From NCBI GenBank assembly GCA_910592345.1, contig CAJVPI010000231.1:1-40781 (forward strand): a stretch of DNA of 40,781 bases, written 5' to 3'. A program made the translations under genes and the position numbers. Below, one piece after another: positions 37,378 through 40,781 of the stretch. This DNA is from Paraglomus brasilianum (taxonomy: Eukaryota). Position 1 is the stretch's first letter. Every line of letters begins with the position of its first letter. The notes beneath the pieces are model-generated. The model made no database searches, was not told where the DNA came from, and saw only the letters and a program-made list of their open reading frames with translations.

Positions 37378-38903
37378 GAATTTGGATGCTATAAAAATAG
37401 AAAGTTTTGTAGAAAAGAATTTATAGCACATATCTATTTTTCAAGTTTTCCGTCCAAAATCACAGTAATCGCTAAGCCATAATGGCCTACATGTAATTAT
37501 AGCGCGCATGTGTTGGCGTTTACTATTTAATTGTCTCTTATACGGTAAAAATTTGCACAGGAGTCAAGATGGCGATTTTTTTTTAAAAATAGGTACCTGC
37601 ATAATTGATCATTATTAGTAATGAAAGGTTGGGCATCGTAATCTATTTCAAGCAACAGCATATTTCTGATAGTGATCACCAGGGATAAAGTTACACAGGT
37701 ATATATATATGCACTGATTGGATGATTTTAAATAACGGCACAATTTCTTATTAGGAAACTGGGACCCAAACTTACTCTGTTTAGACTAGCTTTTGGTATA
37801 TAGCCCATTGTATTGTCTCACTGTTATTTTTATCAGCGTATCTCTCTAATAACTCCAGCAAGCCGACATCACATGATAACAGCGCTTGTTGCAATACGAA
37901 TTGCCCGGCCAATTCATTACTCACACAGCAAGGCATAATAATAAGACAAAACAAAACGACACAGCTTACATTTTAGCTCAATAATATATCTTATCACGTG
38001 ATATACACACTTAGAAGATTTATGGAAAATCGCATTTAATATTAAAGGGTGTATGCGATTAAAATCCAAGCTAACAACAAACATTGCTCGTAAAATCAGC
38101 GTAACTGTTCATGCACATGCGTCAAAGCGTTGGTTGGGTATATAGTAAAGCCAAATGTGCGGCAATATAGAGAGGGAATTAAGAAAAAAGAACGAATTTT
38201 ATATGTCGCATATCTTGCTATCCAGAAAGACTGTTACTATCGCTAAGGATTACCTAATTCAGAAGACACCCTAGCTTGTATTTCTATGTAAAATGGACAG
38301 GGTTATCTGTATGATAAAGTCATATATCCAGAATGTATTTATTGCGCTTGATAGTGATCGCAAGGTTACTATATACTTTATTTGACTACAACATTGAGTA
38401 CTTGGATAAAGGTTTAAATATAACACATCGTTTTTTACGAAATCGAGCGGGGAGTTACAACAAACTCCGTCTTTAGATATATTCGTCCAAAATGTTTATA
38501 TATTCCTGATGTCAGTTTACATAGAAATTAAAAGTCTGTGTTATTTTTATAAAACAAAGGCAGAACGGACATTTATTGAATGCGACCAAGTCTTCCACTT
38601 GCAAGATGTATCCATTGACGTCCTTCTAATTTAAGGCATAACCATATTAATATTACTGATTAGTATTAGTATCAAGTAGAAAACAACATGATGGAATTAC
38701 ACGTGCAATCATTAAGAAGTCCGCTATAACAAATCATACATACTATTATGGAACTCGTGCTATAATAGAGTTCATCGGTTTTGCCTACTGTTGATCTGTC
38801 ATGGTTTAGGAAATTGCGCACAATTGCTTTTCGTGCAACAGTGGTTAGGATGTGAGACTGCTTACAGAAGTGAGTGCGAGGCATTGTAATAGCAACAACA
38901 AAC

Positions 38904-40572
38904 ATGGCCTCAAGCCAGTCTGCTAAGGAATGGTTAAGAAAAAACATTGAAGACGGAAACATTCGGTTTTATTCTTTCGATGACTTTATTAACCAGTTGT
39001 GTATCGGTGGCGGAGGATATGGAATAGTTTCAAAGCCAAAGCGAAGTCACTTGGTAGAACGGTGGCATACAAGCTTTTGCATTCACAAAATGAAGATGAG
39101 ATGATCGAAAACTTTGTCAAGGAGGTTGGTAATATAATGGCGACTTTATATTTGGATTTATTACTTTACTTAAACCACCCAAACAATACTTCTAGCTTAA
39201 GATTCATCGCAACGTTAGTGATCATCCTAACATAATTCGATTCCTTGGCGTGAGTAAAGGTAATAGTAAGCATTGAGGTGTCATTATGGGATACACTTAT
39301 CGTTATTACTATATGACATTAACAGAGACTTAATGATTAGATACGATTAACAGATATGTAATGGTCTTCAAGTACGCCGACAGTGGTTCGTTACAATCTT
39401 ACTTATCAGACCCATCTGTTGAATTGGACTGGCCTAAGAGATGCAAACTTGGTATCAATATCGCTAATGGCCTGAGGTATCTTCACGAGCGCCGTATTAT
39501 ACATAAAGATTTGGTAATTATAGATGTACAGAAATCAATATTATACGTTCAGAACGCTCTATAATATAATAATTGACGATTTTATTATCATTTAGTCTTC
39601 ACATAATATAATAATAATGTATTGATTCATGCTGGCGTGGCAAAGATAACAGACTTTGGTTTGTCTGACCTGATCTTACAACAAAAAAGCCATTCAAACA
39701 TTAAAGGAACCCTTCCATATCTTGACCCCAGATGCTTAATTGACCCTTCTACTAAACGTGATGAAAAGTCAGATATATTTAGCTTTGGAGTGGTATTATG
39801 GGAAATCTCTGGTGGAAAAAGACCATGTGATGGCCTCCAGTATCATAATGACATTGTAAATTATAGACTAAATGGTGGCCGAGATACTCCAGTTTCAGGA
39901 ACTCCTGAAGTATATATCACAATATATTCAGAATGTTGGGATGATGCTCCTGAGAAAAGACCATCTTGTGAGCAGATTTTTGATAGATTAAGCATAATAG
40001 GTCAAATAGCAACAGTTTCATTTTCTGATGAGTTGTCAAGCAAATACCAAGGAAATGCTACTGCACAGTATAATCTTGCTGTTTCTTATCTACATGGAAT
40101 TGGAGTAGAGAAAGATGCTAAGAAGACAGTTGAATTATATCAAAAAGCAGTTGAACAAGGATATGCTACTGCACAAAATGGTCTTGGTTACTGCTATGAA
40201 AATGGGATTGGAGTAGAGAAAGATGCTAAAAAGGCAGTTAAATTATATCAAAAGGCAGTTGAACAAGGAGATGCTAGTGCACAAAATAGTCTTGCTAATT
40301 GTTATCTACATGGAACTGGAGTAGAGAAAGATGCTAAGAAGGCAGTTGAATTATATCAAAAGGCAGCTGAACAAGGAGATACTAGTGCACAAAATAATCT
40401 TGCTAATTGTTATCTAGATGGAATTGGAGTAGAGAAAAATGTTAAGAAAGCAGTTAAATTATATCAAAAAGCAGTTGAACAAGGAAATGTTGATGCACAG
40501 AGCTATCTTGAAGGCTATTATAATAAGAAAAAGAGTATAGGAAAAATGATTAAAAATTGGTTCACACAATAG
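38904..40572 (+). pseudogene. TKL kinase-SEL1 gene (4 complete + 1 partial repeat) with two frameshifts; exons 38904-39124, 39196-39259, 39341-39513, 39596-40572
   Basis: Same exon layout and motifs as the paralogs (GGGGYG, VAYK, HPNIIRFLG, HKDL, ITDFG, PYLDP), but one T is missing at 39028-39030 and there is an 11-nt ATAATAATAAT insertion at 39608-39618. Confidence 0.8.
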
Positions 40573-40606
40573 TAATAGTCACAAACTACTTTTATATTAT
40601 TATTAT

Positions 40607-40781
40607 GGGCCTCCTTAACGTACACCCCGGGTGTACGGCAAATTCGTACACCCCCGGGGTGTACGATAAAAGATACACCCGGGGGTGTAAGTTAAATGGA
40701 TACACCCGGGGGTGTAAGTTAAATGGATACACCCGGGGGTGTAAGTTAAATTGGTACACCCCCCACGTACGGTTAATGTGA
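40607..40781. repeat. GC-rich array of six palindromic units at a 26-27 bp period; possible DNA-transposon subterminal region
   Basis: TACAC starts at 40621, 40647, 40674, 40701, 40728 and 40755; core TACACCC(C/G)GGGGTGTA. Confidence 0.85.

Noticed and set aside
40619..40770. CRISPR-like appearance of palindromic repeats
   Set aside because: Spacers are only 7-11 nt and largely identical, there are no cas genes, and the context is eukaryotic.

Overview
Eukaryotic, intron-rich and AT-rich DNA, most likely from an early-diverging fungus (Mucoromycota; inferred from gene content). A compact housekeeping block (bioF, TRM1, glutaryl-CoA dehydrogenase, MAK5 helicase; 25.0-35.1 kb) and a Sec7-PH Arf-GEF gene (10.8-15.3 kb) alternate with gene-poor islands. 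These islands hold four paralogous tyrosine-kinase-like (TKL) genes with the same 4-exon layout (exon 2 = 64 nt, exon 3 = 173 nt in all four). Each kinase is fused, inside exon 4, to a repeat array of one of three unrelated types: about 34 ribonuclease-inhibitor-type LRRs, about 12 TPRs, or SEL1 repeats (two genes, one frameshifted). The arrays show hypervariable positions, unit shuffling, decayed units at or past the stop codon and, for LRR and SEL1, near-total CpG loss. My inference is a modular cytosolic kinase-repeat receptor repertoire, possibly for non-self recognition. Also present: a spliced small secreted 4-Cys protein absent from the ORF track, a Crinkler/REase-like relic, pogo-like transposon ends and a 27-bp palindromic array at the right edge. 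Gene models were built by eye from GT-AG sites and frame continuity; no database searches were run.
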